Part shown: positions 44,569 to 58,275 of the stretch, one piece after another
Layout of the letters: the number at the start of each line of letters is the position of its first letter
How positions within the stretch are numbered: position 1 is the first letter of the stretch
NCBI GenBank assembly: GCA_964016885.1
Contig: OZ024742.1
Span: 218,426,001-218,490,000 of the forward strand
Source of the DNA: Eledone cirrhosa
Taxonomy: Eukaryota
DNA length: 64,000 bases
Reading direction: 5' to 3'
Notes under the pieces: generated by a model
Databases searched by the model: none
The model's input: only the letters and a program-made list of their open reading frames with translations
What the model was told of the DNA's origin: nothing
Translations under genes and position numbers: made by a program

Positions 44569-45247
44569 TCTATATATAAAATACATATTTATTGGTTGAA
44601 TCACACGAAAACTACACACACAGACACACACACATCTAACGAGAGAGAGACACACAGAGGGAGAGACAGAAAGAGAGAGATAGACCGTTATACAGAGAGA
44701 GATAAAATTAAAGTATTAGATATTCAGGGAGAGAGAGAGAGAGTAACGTCCCACGAAAGTCTAGAAACGGCTTAAACTATAGATCCTTTGATCTATAGGA
44801 AGGTTTAACAATATTGCGTTAGCTTTTACAAAGTCGTTTTACAGTCTTTTATTTTACAGAGCAAAGAAAAATTGATACTATTTGAAATTAATCTACCCTC
44901 CAGCTTTTATCCGTATACTACTTACAGACCGTACTGATGAAGCTAAACACTTCAGAAGCAATGTTATGCGGAATATTGCTGTATTTCAGGTGACGTCCTT
45001 TGGAGCTGAAAAAGATCATACTGACTATGGTTATTTCACAACATTTAAAATCCAAGGCCAATGCTACCATTTAATCGGCAGTTTACTCCTCCAGCCTAAT
45101 AAGGAAGTTTTATTACTGTTTTGTTTGTCTCTCACACACACTCACACACCGACACATCATGGTCTCACCTCATACCAAATAATACATCCAATACAGACGT
45201 TTTCTCTTTTAGCCATCTTCTCTTAACTAGCCGGGTACCTCAGCTAG
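44569..45247 (+). mobile_element. Internally deleted Helitron
   Basis: 5' TCTATATATAAAA, RepHel N-terminal motif FQVTSFGA..TFKIQGQCYHLIGSLL, 3' CTAG|T. Confidence 0.75.
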
Positions 45248-45784
45248 TAGTTATTAAAATGAACGCTAACATAGTAAATGTAGCAACCCGGGAAATTTGA
45301 ATTAATTTAAAATTACACTTTTATATGAGAACAATGATTATATCTAGTTATCTACCCAACAATCGTGTGTTGTTCTGGTCAGTAAACTACGGGATGCATA
45401 TGATGGCTAATGCTACTTCAATTCATTCAAATGAACATAAAATAACATTCGGTGGTGACAAGAGAAAAAAAAAGAAAAAAAAAGAAAAAAAAAGAAAAAA
45501 AAAACGAAGTAAAAGAAAACGAAGAAAAAGAAGCATTTTAGAATGCAAAGAGCTAAACTAATCACTATAATTAAATTCATCAAATTTGCACATACCCCTC
45601 CCACAATTCAGAAATGCTTCCACCGCCCCTGGTATATATATATATATAAACACTAGGTTGGATTAAGAAGAATATATATTTATATATTTTATAATTGAGT
45701 AGTTTTAAGAGAACATAAGAGTGACGCATCTATCTGATACTAAATAGGAAATGCTACCTCTGGTTCCCTTGTATTATTTTCCGG

Positions 45785-45975
45785 TGTGGATTGGCAGTAT
45801 CGGTAGAGGGTCGGACGCCATGCTTTGACGCATAGAGTTACGGCCCTTGCCATTCTGAGTTCAAATCCCGCCGAGGTTAACTTTGCCTTTCATCCTTACG
45901 GGGTCGATAAAATAAAGTACCAGTAATATTCTGGGTAATTGCTGGCCTTGTGCCAATAGTAGAAACAATTATTTT
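45785..45975 (+). mobile_element. Short-form SINE
   Basis: A and B boxes, central domain, and tail GCTGGCCTTGTGCC..AGAAACAATTATT. Confidence 0.9.
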
Positions 45976-47764
45976 CTACATTAACGTGTTTCAATTACTG
46001 GCTGAAAAGCTGATGTGACGGCCAAAAGCGTTGACAATATCTATCGTATTTTCTATTTTTCTAATTCCATATTTTAACATTGTTAACGCGCGTGTGTGAA
46101 AGCATAATGTAGTTCTACATTTCTATGAACATCTAACTACAGCAAACGTGATTGCGTCAAAAGAAAATATATCATATATCAGTATACGTATTATGCATTT
46201 ATTTCAATATTTAACTTGTTATTTTCAAGTGTCTTCATTTATTATTTGGAATGTCCGACAAATCTACAATAATAAGAACTGAAACAAGATTTCTTTCTTA
46301 AATGATCTAACCTAGCCAGCATACAAAATTATGCCACCTGAGCAGAGATCTCTTACCAGAAGTACGAGACGCCGAAAGCATATACCAGGTTTCACAGTAT
46401 TATTGATCCAGAATGAAAGGTGGAAATACTCTTATCAGCGGGAACAAGGCTCCTAGTCCTTTCGAACTCGACTTGTTTGTCGTTGATCGTTGTCTACCTA
46501 CATGACACAACAAAAAAAAAACACGTAAAAGCACCTCATCTATTAACCTCTTTACGCAGTTTCTCGCATCTTCGAAGAGTATCTGACAAATTCTCCCCCC
46601 CCCCCCCCTTTCTTTCTCTTTGTATATTGTATAAAATCATATGCATTTAATAAATAAAGGAAATCACATAAAGGAAATCAAATATTTCTTGGTATTGACG
46701 GAGGACAGCGAAAAGGATGTACTGAAAGACTCAGTTCACCTCGTAACACAAGTTCTTACGGATAGCCATCTTCACGAAGGTACTTGGAGAAGCTGACACT
46801 TGTGCTAATATCATCCTTCTAGGTAACTTGATGTATCATACAAGCTCGAACTAACCACTAAGCAAGATTAGAACGTGCTTTGGAACCAAGGAACGAGTAA
46901 CCTTTCAGAAACTTCTAATTATTTAATTTCGTTTCATCTCAAAAATGGTCGATACATTTGCAATATAATTGAAACTACGGTTTTATTGTAGATCAAAATA
47001 ACAAGAATCTTTGTGGAAAGTTCCTTCTTTTTTAAGTGGCACAAATAACATATGCAGCGAATTGGCAGTCTTTACAGCATCGGACAAAATGCCTTGCAGT
47101 ATTTGTTTCAGTTGTCTATGTTTCAAATTCGAATCCACCCAGGTCAACTTTGGCCGAATTGTTAGAGTCATATATACAATGACTTGCAGTTTTTGTTGCG
47201 TCTCTTTGAATCCCGAGTTTAAATACTGCTATACTCTACATAGGTAGTAGACCTATTGTGTTCATCCAGTTGCACACCACCATCTGGCTCTTGGGGGCCT
47301 TTAGTTCACTCTATTGCAAGTATTTAAACTAAGTCTTCGGTTTGGGAGTATTTTCCTCCTTTCCACCAATTTCAGAAACATAAAAATAGTTATGGAAACT
47401 ACCTCCCGAACCCTAATTAGACAGTAAAAAATATAGAGTTTAAACATCTAGACCAAATCTTGATCTGCTAAAAAGAGCATCGAAATGCCCTTCAAATATT
47501 GAGTCCGGATGTATAAATTGTGAAACAACGTCACAGTCAACAGTCACCACACAGATTTCCAATACAGGGCGTCAGTATTACAATAGTTAGGAATATATTT
47601 TATCCGAATGATGTATAGAATTCACTTGACACCCAAACAGGTAGGGCTTTTAATTAAAAAAATATTTATATTGTTTTGTTTTTTTCCAAATATTTATAGA
47701 TGTTCCGCACCAGTGAGTTTAAGAGCAAATGCTCTCAAATGTAGGGTATTATTACTGCCGCCTA

Positions 47765-48232
47765 GGGCGGTAGATTGACAGTATCGCTAGAGTGTCTGAC
47801 AACATGCTTTGCAGAATAGAGTTATGGCTCATTACGTTCTGGAGTCGATTTCATCGACTTTCCACGCCTCCCGAAATTGTTGGCCTTGTGCCTAAATCGG
47901 AAACCATTATTACCACCGCTTGCTTTTAATACAGATGAAAGGCAAAGTCAAATCTGCCGAGGTTGACTTTGCCTTTCATCCTTACGGGGTCGATAAAATA
48001 AAGTACCAGTAATGCACTGGGTAATTGCTGGCCTTGTGCCTAACGTAGAAACCATTATTACCACTGCTTGCTTTTAATACAGATGAAAGGCAAAGTCAAA
48101 TCCCGCCGAGGTTGACTTTGCCTTTCATCCTTACGGGGTCGATAAAATAAAGTACCAGTAATGCACTGGGTAATTGCTGGCCTTGTGCCTAACGTAGAAA
48201 CCATTATTACCACCGCTTGCTTTTAATACAGA
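47765..48232 (+). mobile_element. SINE plus a 148-bp tandem duplication of a SINE 3' half
   Basis: 47935-48083 is repeated at 48084-48232; each copy starts with an inverted piece GATGAAAGGCAAAGTCAA. Confidence 0.85.
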
Positions 48233-48539
48233 GAAATCGATTTGTAACGTACATATTTTGTATATCTTTCTAAATAGATTTACTTAACCTAGCCTAACCT
48301 ATAACTATGGTAAGTTGGATTAGGTTAGAATAGGTTAAATAATTAGGGAGTGAAGTAACAGACATGTGCGTTGGTAGAATGGTACTTTATTGTTGCACCT
48401 AGTAATGTTAATGATTCTCATTAATGTGGGGTGGTAAATAAATATATACATATACACCAGGTCCGAACACAATGGAACGAAACTCCCACAGTCACTGCCT
48501 CCGTCTCTTTCGCTCTCCCCATTTCTCACTATTATAAGC

Positions 48540-48775
48540 AAATGGGGGTCCACGCGCTGACCGCCCCGCGGCCCCGGCGGACTGAATAGAGAAAGCGTTT
48601 CCCCGGAGGATGGTTAGGGAGACGCGTGGAAGAGCCATTCCAGCTCGCGGGGCTTACACCTGCGGGTAGCCAACTCTGTGCCGATAGTGGTGAGTAGGGA
48701 GGTGGTCCTAGGGTCAAGGTCAAGTACACCAGAGTCTCCACCGCTACGGCCTCGACCGCAAACTTGTAGGAGAGC
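48540..48775 (-). mobile_element. CRE-like LINE 3' fragment
   Basis: Homologous to 51100-51330. Confidence 0.7.
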
Positions 48776-48999
48776 AACTATTTTTGTGTTTATCAAATTA
48801 AAGAATTATTTATTTATTTATCACTACTTTTGTAGATAAAAGAAATTATTTTTATACCAGAACAAAAATTAAAACTCCACTCCAGGCGAACATGAAAATT
48901 TTGTCTAGAAATATTTTTATTAGTTTTTTCTTTTTTTATACTTTGACGAAGGTTGATGTCACCTTGTATAATTTGCGACATTATTACATTTGATTTGAA

Positions 49000-49215
49000 G
49001 CGCAGTGGATTGGTAGTATCAACAGAGCGTCGGACATAGTGTGGCATATAGTTACGTCCCTTTATTTTTTTTAGTTCAAATTTCGCTGAGATTAGCTTTG
49101 CCTTCCATCCTTACGGGGTCAATAAAATAAAGTACCAGTAATGCACTAGAATCGGTTTAATTGACTTTCCCTACCCTCAAAATTGTTGGCCTTGTGCCTA
49201 AATCAGAAACCATTA
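49000..49215 (+). mobile_element. Long-form SINE
   Basis: A and B boxes, central domain, tail. Confidence 0.8.
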
Positions 49216-49691
49216 TATTTATTTAATTTTAAGACTAAAGCCCTATCTATTAATGTTCAATGCATTATGTGCTTTAATAAGGTAAAATAAAATCTCTGGC
49301 TAAATTAATGAAGTGTCCATTATTATATTAAGCTCCTAGCCGGTATCTGGGAGATACGAGGTTCGATTTCTCATAGCGGTCGATGGCAACTTCTTTTCCT
49401 GTCATTTAGGGTCTTCATTCTATTTTATAAGCTATTTTATAGCATCTTCACGCACGAACACCCCATTCTTTATATTAACTTTATTCCCTCAACGCTTCGT
49501 AAAAGTCCGAGAGATCAGCTTCGTAAACACCAGGGTTTCCCAACAATTTTTGCGTCATTGCCTACTTTCACATGGAATTTTTTTTACCGTTCACCTGTAT
49601 AATAAATATTCAAAAGCATACCAAAAATATTTGGTAAAAGTTTGTTTCTGATTTTTATGATGTAGTTAAAAAAATACCAAAGGGAGGTAAC

Positions 49692-49885
49692 AAATAATTG
49701 TTTCTACTTTAGGCACAAGGCCAGCAAATTACCCAGTGCATTACTGGTACTTTATTTTATCGACCCCGTAAGGATGAAAGGCAAAGTCAACCTCGGCCGG
49801 ATTTGAACTCAGATCGTAAAGGGACGTAACTATGCTGGAAAGCATGGCGTCCGACTCTCTACCGATACTGCCAATCCACCGCCCC
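49692..49885 (-). mobile_element. Young short-form SINE with TSD
   Basis: AGGGAGGTAACAAATAAT is duplicated on both sides. Confidence 0.9.
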
Positions 49886-50199
49886 AGGGAGGTAACAAAT
49901 AATGCTGCCGTAAGGCTGCTGCTAATATCGTATTAAAGAACAAATGAAAGCAAACTTGACATTTCAAAATTTCAAAACTGTAGCCGGTATCTGGGAGATG
50001 CGGTGTACGATTCTTCCTAGTGGTCGATGACAGCTTCTTTTCTTGTCTTTAAAGGTCTTTATTCTATTTTATAAGCTACTGTATAACTTCTCCGCGCACG
50101 AGCACCCCATTATTTGTATTTTATTAAATTTAATTATGAAGGATATAATTTAGTTTTATGGTCGAAGTTAGTTTTATGGCTAACAAATATGTTGCAAGG

Positions 50200-51845
50200 A
50201 ATAAAATATCACATTTTGAAGCAATCAGAGATGTGAATAGTGGAGTGTTTTGAAAAACAATTATTGTATCAAGCAGTTCGACTAAACGGATAACACAGTT
50301 GCCTTTTGACAACCATTGTGCATCAATATAGTATAAAAGCCTCACGCAGTCATCATCATTATCAAGACACAATTGACGGAAAATTCGTTCAGACAAAGTA
50401 TGTAATTTTAGCTTATTCACAGTTTTAATAAGTAACTGCAGTACATCACTAAACCTGGTGTTGATATTTTTGTCACTAAATGTTGCCGGTGAGTCACACT
50501 GAACTATTAAAACAGGGTGCGAAAGTTCAAGTTTTAAGAGAGAAGAGAAACCTCTGTGTCTATCTACCATAGTAGGCAACCCATCAGATGCTCAAACAAC
50601 AATATTGTTCAATGGGATGTTATGCTTATTAAAATAGCTTTAATAAATCTAAAGCAACAATTGATCAGTGAACAGCATCTCCTTGAATATTTTCATTAAG
50701 AAATGAACATACACCATCATCAAGCATTGACTTCCTACAACTGTTTATTCGTCAACTTGTATAGAAAATTCATAACTCCAGAGATTATGGAGGAGTTGAT
50801 GTTTGACGTCGGTAGCCATTTTATCCATACGCCGAGAAATTGTGTTGAGGTCATAAGCATACTTGGACGCTGCAGGCTTCCCCTCCCAGCTTGAACCGGT
50901 GGGGCTGGACCGAGGAGATGGCAAAAGGCCAGACGGTATGACCATCTTCCCGTTCCGCGGTGGCAAGTACCTCGTCTGGGATGCCCCTTGCAGCAACACT
51001 TTCTCCAGCAGCAACCTGGTGCAGTCTGCGACTAACCCAGGTACTGCTGCACGTCGGGCTGAGGAGGCCAAACTCTCCAAGTACCGGTCGCTCTCCGACA
51101 GGTTCGCGGTCGTGCCCTTGGCAGTGGAGACTTAAGGTATCCTTGGCCCTAGGGCTACCTCCCTATTCTCCACCATAGGCGCTGAGCTAGCCAGCCGCAG
51201 GTGTGAGCCTCGCGAGTTGGAATGGCTCTTCAAGCGCATCTCCCTTACTATCCTCCGGGCAAAAGCTTTCTCTATCCTGTCAGCCGGGGCTGTGGGGAGG
51301 CCAGCACATGGGACTCCATTTGCCCACCATACGGATTAATAGGCAAAGTTATAAACTATTGTAAATAAACATATATTCCTTCTGAAAAAAACCCAAAAAA
51401 CTAAGTTGAATTGTCTTCAAGATCATGTCAGGCATTTTATGCATTACAGTCGAGAGAACTTCTTCAATAACAGTTCGGAGTAATGTTCCGTCTATAGCGT
51501 AAGATTTACAGGCCTTTGTGACGAATAATGCAATGTTGTACGACGCAATCATCCTGTTACCTTGCTGCATAGTTTCTTTCTGAAATCCCGGGATCAACGT
51601 TTTCTGCTTTTCGAATGAGGTCTTAAGTTGTAAGAAATATGACAAAAGTTTTCCCTTCTGGTCAGCATGCTTAGAATATGAACGATACTTTAAGCATGAA
51701 GTCTTCATGGTTTTTGTTGCTCAATGCTTGGTTGCATATAAAGCATGTACGTAATTGACTACTCTGAGGAGAGGCGATAAACCCATTAAATAAATGATCA
51801 ATGCTGTATTGACGACAACTTTTCTTAAATGAAGACATTGGGATG
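50200..51845 (-). pseudogene. Decayed hAT-Charlie-type transposase, split by a CRE-like insertion
   Basis: CRQYSIDHLFNGFI, ASYNIALFV, FSIQVDE and WLSKGNC motifs; possible TIR CAGGGTTTCCCAAC at 49531. Confidence 0.8.
50861..51340 (+). mobile_element. CRE-like LINE 3' fragment with REL endonuclease
   Basis: EPVGLDRGDGKRPDGMTIFPFRGGKYLVWD..AEEAKLSKY..VPLAVET. Confidence 0.8.
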
Positions 51846-53074
51846 TTTAAAAATCGTGCAATACACAGAGATAAGAACAATAGATAACATTTTCGTTCCC
51901 CCAAGTTATATTGTTACTCAAAGTCCCGTTTTTAATGATCCACAAATACGAGAACATAAGAGCGTTGCAATCAATACACTCCAATAACTTAAAAAGGCTG
52001 TCTGTTTATATGAGCATGCTCATAAAGCTGTGAATAGGTCCCATTTTGGGATTCTCATATTTTGTCTGGCATTGTTATTCGCGCCTCCTTGTCTACGGAT
52101 TGTCATCAGAGTTTTAGAGGTCATCACCTCTGTCAATTTTATGTGTGATCCTTCGGTGCTAGCGTTGTTGGCGAGTTTACCTTGATGTCACTTCTTAATT
52201 TTACTAGTAACGTTGTTCTCGGTCTTCCCTTATCTGATTTATATCCCCCCAAAATTGTTATTTCGTCCTAAGAATTATTTGAATGTTAATGTCCTTTCTC
52301 AAAATTATAGAAAATTCAAAATTGTACTTTGTTTATGGGAATGTTTATATCTTACCTAGGAATGTGGCCCAATTATCCCATTTAGTCTCCTGTTTTTTTT
52401 TATACAGGTCCTTTGCATATTTCCTTTTAATATATATTTCGGGTAATATATGTTGAAATACTTTCTTAATACTCAAAATCTTATGTCGTCCACAAAAATG
52501 TCCAATCGCACATCATTTTCGGTTCAGTTGCCCATCACCCACTCAACAGTTGAAATCATCCAGTCTGGGATACACAATGTTTGTTAACAATATTTATATT
52601 TTCTTGTACAGCTGTTAGCACGTGGACAGTGTGGGTAATGAACACACACAAACGTACATACATACATACATACATACATACATACATACATACATACATA
52701 CATACATACATACATAATTAAATAAATGATAGCTGCAAACTCTGCTAAGAGTATTGCAATCGCTTGTCAGATTACAGAAACTGGTGCACTTTTAGGTTAC
52801 GGCCGGTCAGACGAACAAGCAATGGCTGTGCTTTGAAGTTTTTTTTATGTCGACCAATCCCACTCTCTGCGCATTGAAAACACTACCCGAAAAGGAGAAT
52901 TGGTCAACATCATTAGATACTTCCGAAGCTGCAGGTTTTCTTTTTCAGAGTTTCCCTCTCCTAGAAAGGTGTTGTGACAACAACTGGGGGCTTTTCACTC
53001 CCAGGTAAAAAAAAAGAGGACTATTTGGATGGCCGTTGACTCTGCCGAGTTCATCTGCCTTTTGCCGGATCTTG

Positions 53075-53127
<53 letters not shown>

Positions 53128-53129
<2 letters not shown>

Positions 53130-53300
53130 CGGGAGGGTCATATTGTTATAATATTGCCAGAAATAATAATAAAACACACTCACTGTTTGGTTTGGATTGG
53201 TTTTCGCTTCTGTATCTCTTATATCTCCATAGTTAATTTATATGGCAATCAATGTTTCATTGATTGACCAACGGTAAAAAACACAGATATAAAAATATAT
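53128..53300 (-). mobile_element. Penelope pLTR 3' fragment
   Basis: GGGAGGGTCATATTG..CACACTCACTGTTTGG; abuts (TA)n. Confidence 0.75.
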
Positions 53301-53523
53301 ATAGGGTGTATATTTGGATTCGCAATCGTAAGGTTGTGAGTTCGATTCCTAGACCAGGCGATGCGTTATGTCCTTGAGCAGGACACTTTATTTCACGTTG
53401 CTCCTTCTACCTGGAGTTGCGACCGATAAATAGTATTAGCAATTGGAAAGACCAACGGAAACATTGTTCCCTCGGTCCGATTTGACGAAAGTCGATCGTT
53501 CCTTATATATATATATATATATA

Positions 53524-54070
53524 TGAGAGTACTTGCAGAGTGAGACATCTCGAAGCATAGGAGAGAGAATAGACCAACATTGAGGGTAACTAAAAGGAAA
53601 AAAAAAACGGTTCAGTACTCTATCAACACACCAGACAAAGACATGATAGTAATATAGACAACATAGAAATTAAAATAATATCTAAACATAGAAATGATTC
53701 AACAGGTAGGCAAATAAGAGAAGCAACGGAAATAGAACTAAGAAAACCAAAGTTGAACAGAAAAAACGAATGGAATAACAACAACCATACTCAAACACAC
53801 AATACTGACCTAAGGGAAATATAAATAAATAAATATATACACCAGTACAATGACAAGAAAACACATATAAACACGCTAGTGAACAAAGATAGAATACAAA
53901 AACACACAGACTCAAACACGAACACACACGCAAACGCATGCCCAAACAGAGATAGAGACAAGAATTAATAAATAAATGAAATAAGAATGGCGTAGACATT
54001 AAAATACAACGGGGGGAAACATAATAGTACCACTGATGATATCACAGATGTGTGACGAAAGAGCTTTGAT
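53524..54070 (+). mobile_element. Older Penelope 3' fragment (GIY-YIG end, UTR, HHR at 54030-54070)
   Basis: ETSRSIGERIDQH; CUGAUGA U AUCACA..UGUGAC GAAA GAGC UU. Confidence 0.8.
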
Positions 54071-54084
54071 ATATATATATATAC

Positions 54085-54450
54085 ATTTTAGTACAGCATT
54101 AACGAAGCTTTAGTTCGGGGCCAAGCTAACGAATGCAAATTCGGTCTGTAGCTTTAACACTCGCATGGGGAAAAGTACCCCAGAGTAATAACAATAGGTT
54201 TAGACAGCTTAGCAAATCAAATATAGCGATCGGCAGTCCAGCCGCATCACCAGAGCAACGAAAATACAGGACTCAGGAAAAGATTTTAGACTGACCTGAA
54301 CAAAACGGTGAGACTGAATGCAAAATATATAATGCATATCGTATAGCACACGATATACATCACATACAGCACACAATATCAGCGCTAGGTTTCTGCAAAT
54401 CCAAGATCGACAAATTCCGCTTGCAGGAGTCTGCAAGTTAATGGTTTTTG
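54085..54450 (-). mobile_element. Diverged 5'-truncated F1 copy
   Basis: Homologous to 4615-4910; inner hairpin CUUGCAG/CUGCAAG followed by GAAACCU. Confidence 0.7.
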
Positions 54451-54474
54451 TATATATATATATATTTATATATA

Positions 54475-54516
<42 letters not shown>

Positions 54517-54519
<3 letters not shown>

Positions 54520-57500
54520 CGGCGATGAATTAATTTTGCGAGGTTTTTGATATGAAATCGTGTGTCGAAATAAATATTGTTATACCTGGGGAGGGTCATA
54601 TTTGTGTAATAATATTGCCAGAATTAATAACAGAACACACTCACTGTTTGGTTGGTTTTCGCTTCTGTGTCTTTTATATCGGTTAATTTAATTTATTCGG
54701 TCCTCAATGTTACCATTGACTGACCAACGGTCAAAAATACAGATACAATATAGACACAAACACATATATGTAGTCTAACAAAGTTATTTCGTTGCACATC
54801 TGCAACATTGTCAGTGGTGCTATTATGTTTCCTCTCGTTGTATTGTATGCTTACGCCATCTTTATTTAGTCTGTTTATTTATTTGTTTATTTTTTTTGTC
54901 TTCTCTGTGCATGCGTTTGCGCGTGTGTATTGTATTTTGTTTGATGTGTGTCCGTGTTTTGGTGACTGTGTATTGGTTATTGTATTCTATCTTAGTTTAC
55001 TAGTGTGTGTTTATATGTTTGTTGTTATTGTGCTTGTGTATGTATTTATTTATTTATTTATTTATACTTCTCTTAGGCCAGTATTGTTTGTTTGGGTGTT
55101 GTTGTTATTCCATTCATTTTCTCTGTTTAGCCTTGGCCTTCTAAGTTCTATTTCACTGGCCTCTTTAATTTGCATATCTGCTGGGTCATTTCTATGTTTA
55201 GATATTATTCTAATTTATATGTTGTCTATGTTACCGTCGTGTTGTTGTCTATCATGTTCGTATAGTACTGAACCGTTTTTTCGTCCTTTTAGTTCCCCCC
55301 AGTGTTGGTCTATCCTTTCACCTATGCTACGAGCTGTCTCGCCTATGTATGTTGTTGTCATGTTTCTGCAAGTACCCTCTGTACATCTTATACTATAGAC
55401 TACGTTTCTAGTTTTACAGTTTATCCGGGCGTTTTCTTTACATATGATACATTTCCTATTAGTACAGTGGATTTTCTTAAAAGAGTAGGTTTTGCTAATC
55501 AGGAATGTTATGGTGGTTCCTAGCTTTTCTACCACCTTAATCTTTAAGTGGGTCTTTCTCAGGGCCTTTCTACACTGGTTAGCTAATTTCCCTCCAGGGG
55601 TAGCGTCCACAAACATGACACTCTGGTAGCTCTGGTTGTCGTACCATGAGGTGGCTTTCCCTATCTTATGTCTAGTCCTATCTAAGCTATTGCATGATTT
55701 GCTCCTGTATAATGGGCAAATTCCTTTCATGTCCAGTTCTATGAGGGTCTTATACTTCTGCGTGGCTCCTTCGTATACTCTGAATCTGTCTCTTTGGTTG
55801 TAGCCAGAGAACTGCATGCGGTTGATGAAGTGTTGGATGTGTCTTTCCATTTCTGTTGGGTCGCACATGCGGGACACGTTCTTCATCACTCGTACCAACT
55901 CTGCGATCAGAATATTAAATTTAGCACTACTGGACATTGCCGAGTTTTTGAATATCAGGTATTTGGAGGCCAAGGTTTTAGCATAGTGTGAGTGGAGAAT
56001 TTGGGCTCTCTCGTCTATAGTGTTAATCCAGAGTTCCGTGTCTGATACAGGTAGTCTATTGTTAGGGTGTTTGGAAGGGTAGTCGATAGTTACAGTTATA
56101 CTCTAGTGTATGGAATTAGCTATCTGCTGGATGCTTTCCATTGTGCTATATTCTAAATCAAACTTGTTAGTGCTCTCTTGTGGGGATGTCCTTATTACTA
56201 TATTGCTTTTGGGTGTAGATCTTCTCGTTGAATTTGAATATGTGGCCCTTTAGGGTAGTTTTGATACTAGGGCTAGTATTGCATGTACGACTATTTTCCT
56301 TACCTGATCATTGTTTTGGGGGGTCCGTATAGCTTTGGTCCACCCAATCCACCTTCCCATGGGAGTCTTTTTTGCCATTGAGGTTATGGTAGGGGGTCTA
56401 CGTCTTATGGGTCTACTGGGGCAGAAACGTCTAAGGTTATGGCTCTTTAGGTAGTCAGTGTCGTAGGTAAGTCTAAGTAGGAGATCCAGCTCGTCTGTGT
56501 CGACGTTGCAGAACTCCACCTCACTCTCAATGATCATCTTCACACATTTTTCCACAGCAAAATCAATGTTAATGGATGGGTACAGTGATACCACATCCAT
56601 ACTCTCTATTATGCAGTTGGATAGGTTCCTATTTTTGTTGCACTCACCGATTCTGCTGAGGAGGTCCTCTGTACTGTCACATACATCTGGGGACATCTTG
56701 ATTATGGGGCGTATAACCATTGAGAGGAAGTAGGAGATCCTGTAGTTGCTAGCTATATTTGCTCCGCATACAGGTCTTGTTGGCGGTCCTGTTGTCGGGT
56801 CGTCGACTGTCTTGTGGTCTTTGCGGAGCCCATACAAGGGTGGTATGCCATTGTTAGACGCCTGGAAGTTGTTGGCAGTGCGTATGCTTGGCTTTAGGAT
56901 GTCGGTCCACATCATCATGTGAGCGTTGAGGATTTTCTCTCTCCCATCATGTATTTGCTGTGCAATTTCGCAAGTGTTGGTGATGTGGGGTTGCATAGCC
57001 TTGATGTAGTTCAGCATGCTCTCTATTGACATCCTACCAGACTTATAGGTGGGTAGACATACTACTTCACCATCCCTTGTGCGCTGCTTGAGGCTAACCA
57101 GGCCTTCTACAGGTTTCCTCCCAAGTTGTTGGACCTCTGGTCTCCGCTGTCTCTTAGTATACCGGTCTACTATTTGTCTAATCTTATTTCTAGCTATGGT
57201 GAACTGTGTCTCTGTCTCGTCATCTATTTGTTGTGGAATGTAAACCCATTTATTAAAGGGTAACCTCGTAGGATAGATATTACCCATCTTATATGTTTTG
57301 TCAGCTGGGTTGAAGAATAGTTATTGTTGATGTTATCTGGGTATTTTTGTGAATATTCTATTTTTCTTTCTTCTAGTTTTTTCTTATTCATCCATTCTAA
57401 TTTCTTATTGAAATGCCTATTGCATTCATTTCGGGCGTATTTCATTTCACGTCGAATGACGCTCATGAAGTCATCTCTCTCGTTTGGTGTGGTGAGATTT

Positions 57501-57620
57501 CGGACTTCCTTACCGTTAATGCGTTTCTGTCTGTAAAGTTCGTTACCTTTTGTGTATGTTGTTCTTTTCATATTAACTGTTATTGAACAAAACACAAGCT
57601 GAACGACTAAAACACACAAT
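54517..57620 (-). mobile_element. Penelope-like element, tail-bearing arm, with internal deletions
   Basis: ORFs 57224-57619, 56250-57287 (PPLYGLRKDHK, MDVVSLYPSI) and 55215-55973 (CxxC, VVYSIRC..YIGETARS); pLTR + ~57-nt tail; RT YVDD region deleted. Confidence 0.9.
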
Positions 57621-58160
57621 AGGTAAGGAAGTCCGAAATCTCACCACACCAAATACGCCCGAAACGAATGCAATAGGCATTTCAATAAGAAATTAGAATG
57701 GAAGAATAAGAAAAAAACTAGAAGAAAGAAAAATAGAATATTCACAAAAATACCCAGATAACATCAACAATATCCGTATGACTGATGTAGAACTACCGGA
57801 AGAATTTACCAATGACCACACAGTAAATATTTACGGGAACACTTTAATCTGTGAACAAGAACAACAAATCCTGCACCTACCACCAAGATTTGCCATCTAC
57901 AAAAAGATTAACCCTATTGAGTGCAAAACGGAGCTGGAAAAGTGTTTCACAAAAATACGTTGGAATGCTAAAGTAAACAACAACAACTATACGGACAACA
58001 ACAACAATAATAACGGTAGTAGTAATATAAACAATAACTCTGAGTATAGAAATAACAGCTATAATAGTAATAGTCATAACAATAACAATAGCAGGAGAGT
58101 GAGAATAGTAATAATGGTAATAATATTAACGATAGACAGAACAACAACAACAACCACAAT

Positions 58161-58275
58161 AATAATTGTTTCTACTTTAGGCACAAGGCCAGCAATTATC
58201 CAGTGCATTACTGGTACTTTATTTTATCGACCCCGTAAGGATGAAAGGCAAAGTCAACCTCGGCGGGATTTGAAC
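58161..58275 (-). mobile_element. 5'-truncated SINE nested in the Asn-rich tract of the Penelope ORF
   Basis: Central domain + tail; AACAACCACAATAATAAT is duplicated on both sides. Confidence 0.85.

Noticed and set aside
49335-50110. Two tRNA-like segments (49335-49470, 49980-50110)
   Set aside because: B-box-like motif only, with no cloverleaf; probably SINE remnants
52880-52980. CCGAAAA..GGAGA/UCUCC..GAAA resemblance to an HHR
   Set aside because: Too many deviations and no second copy to support it
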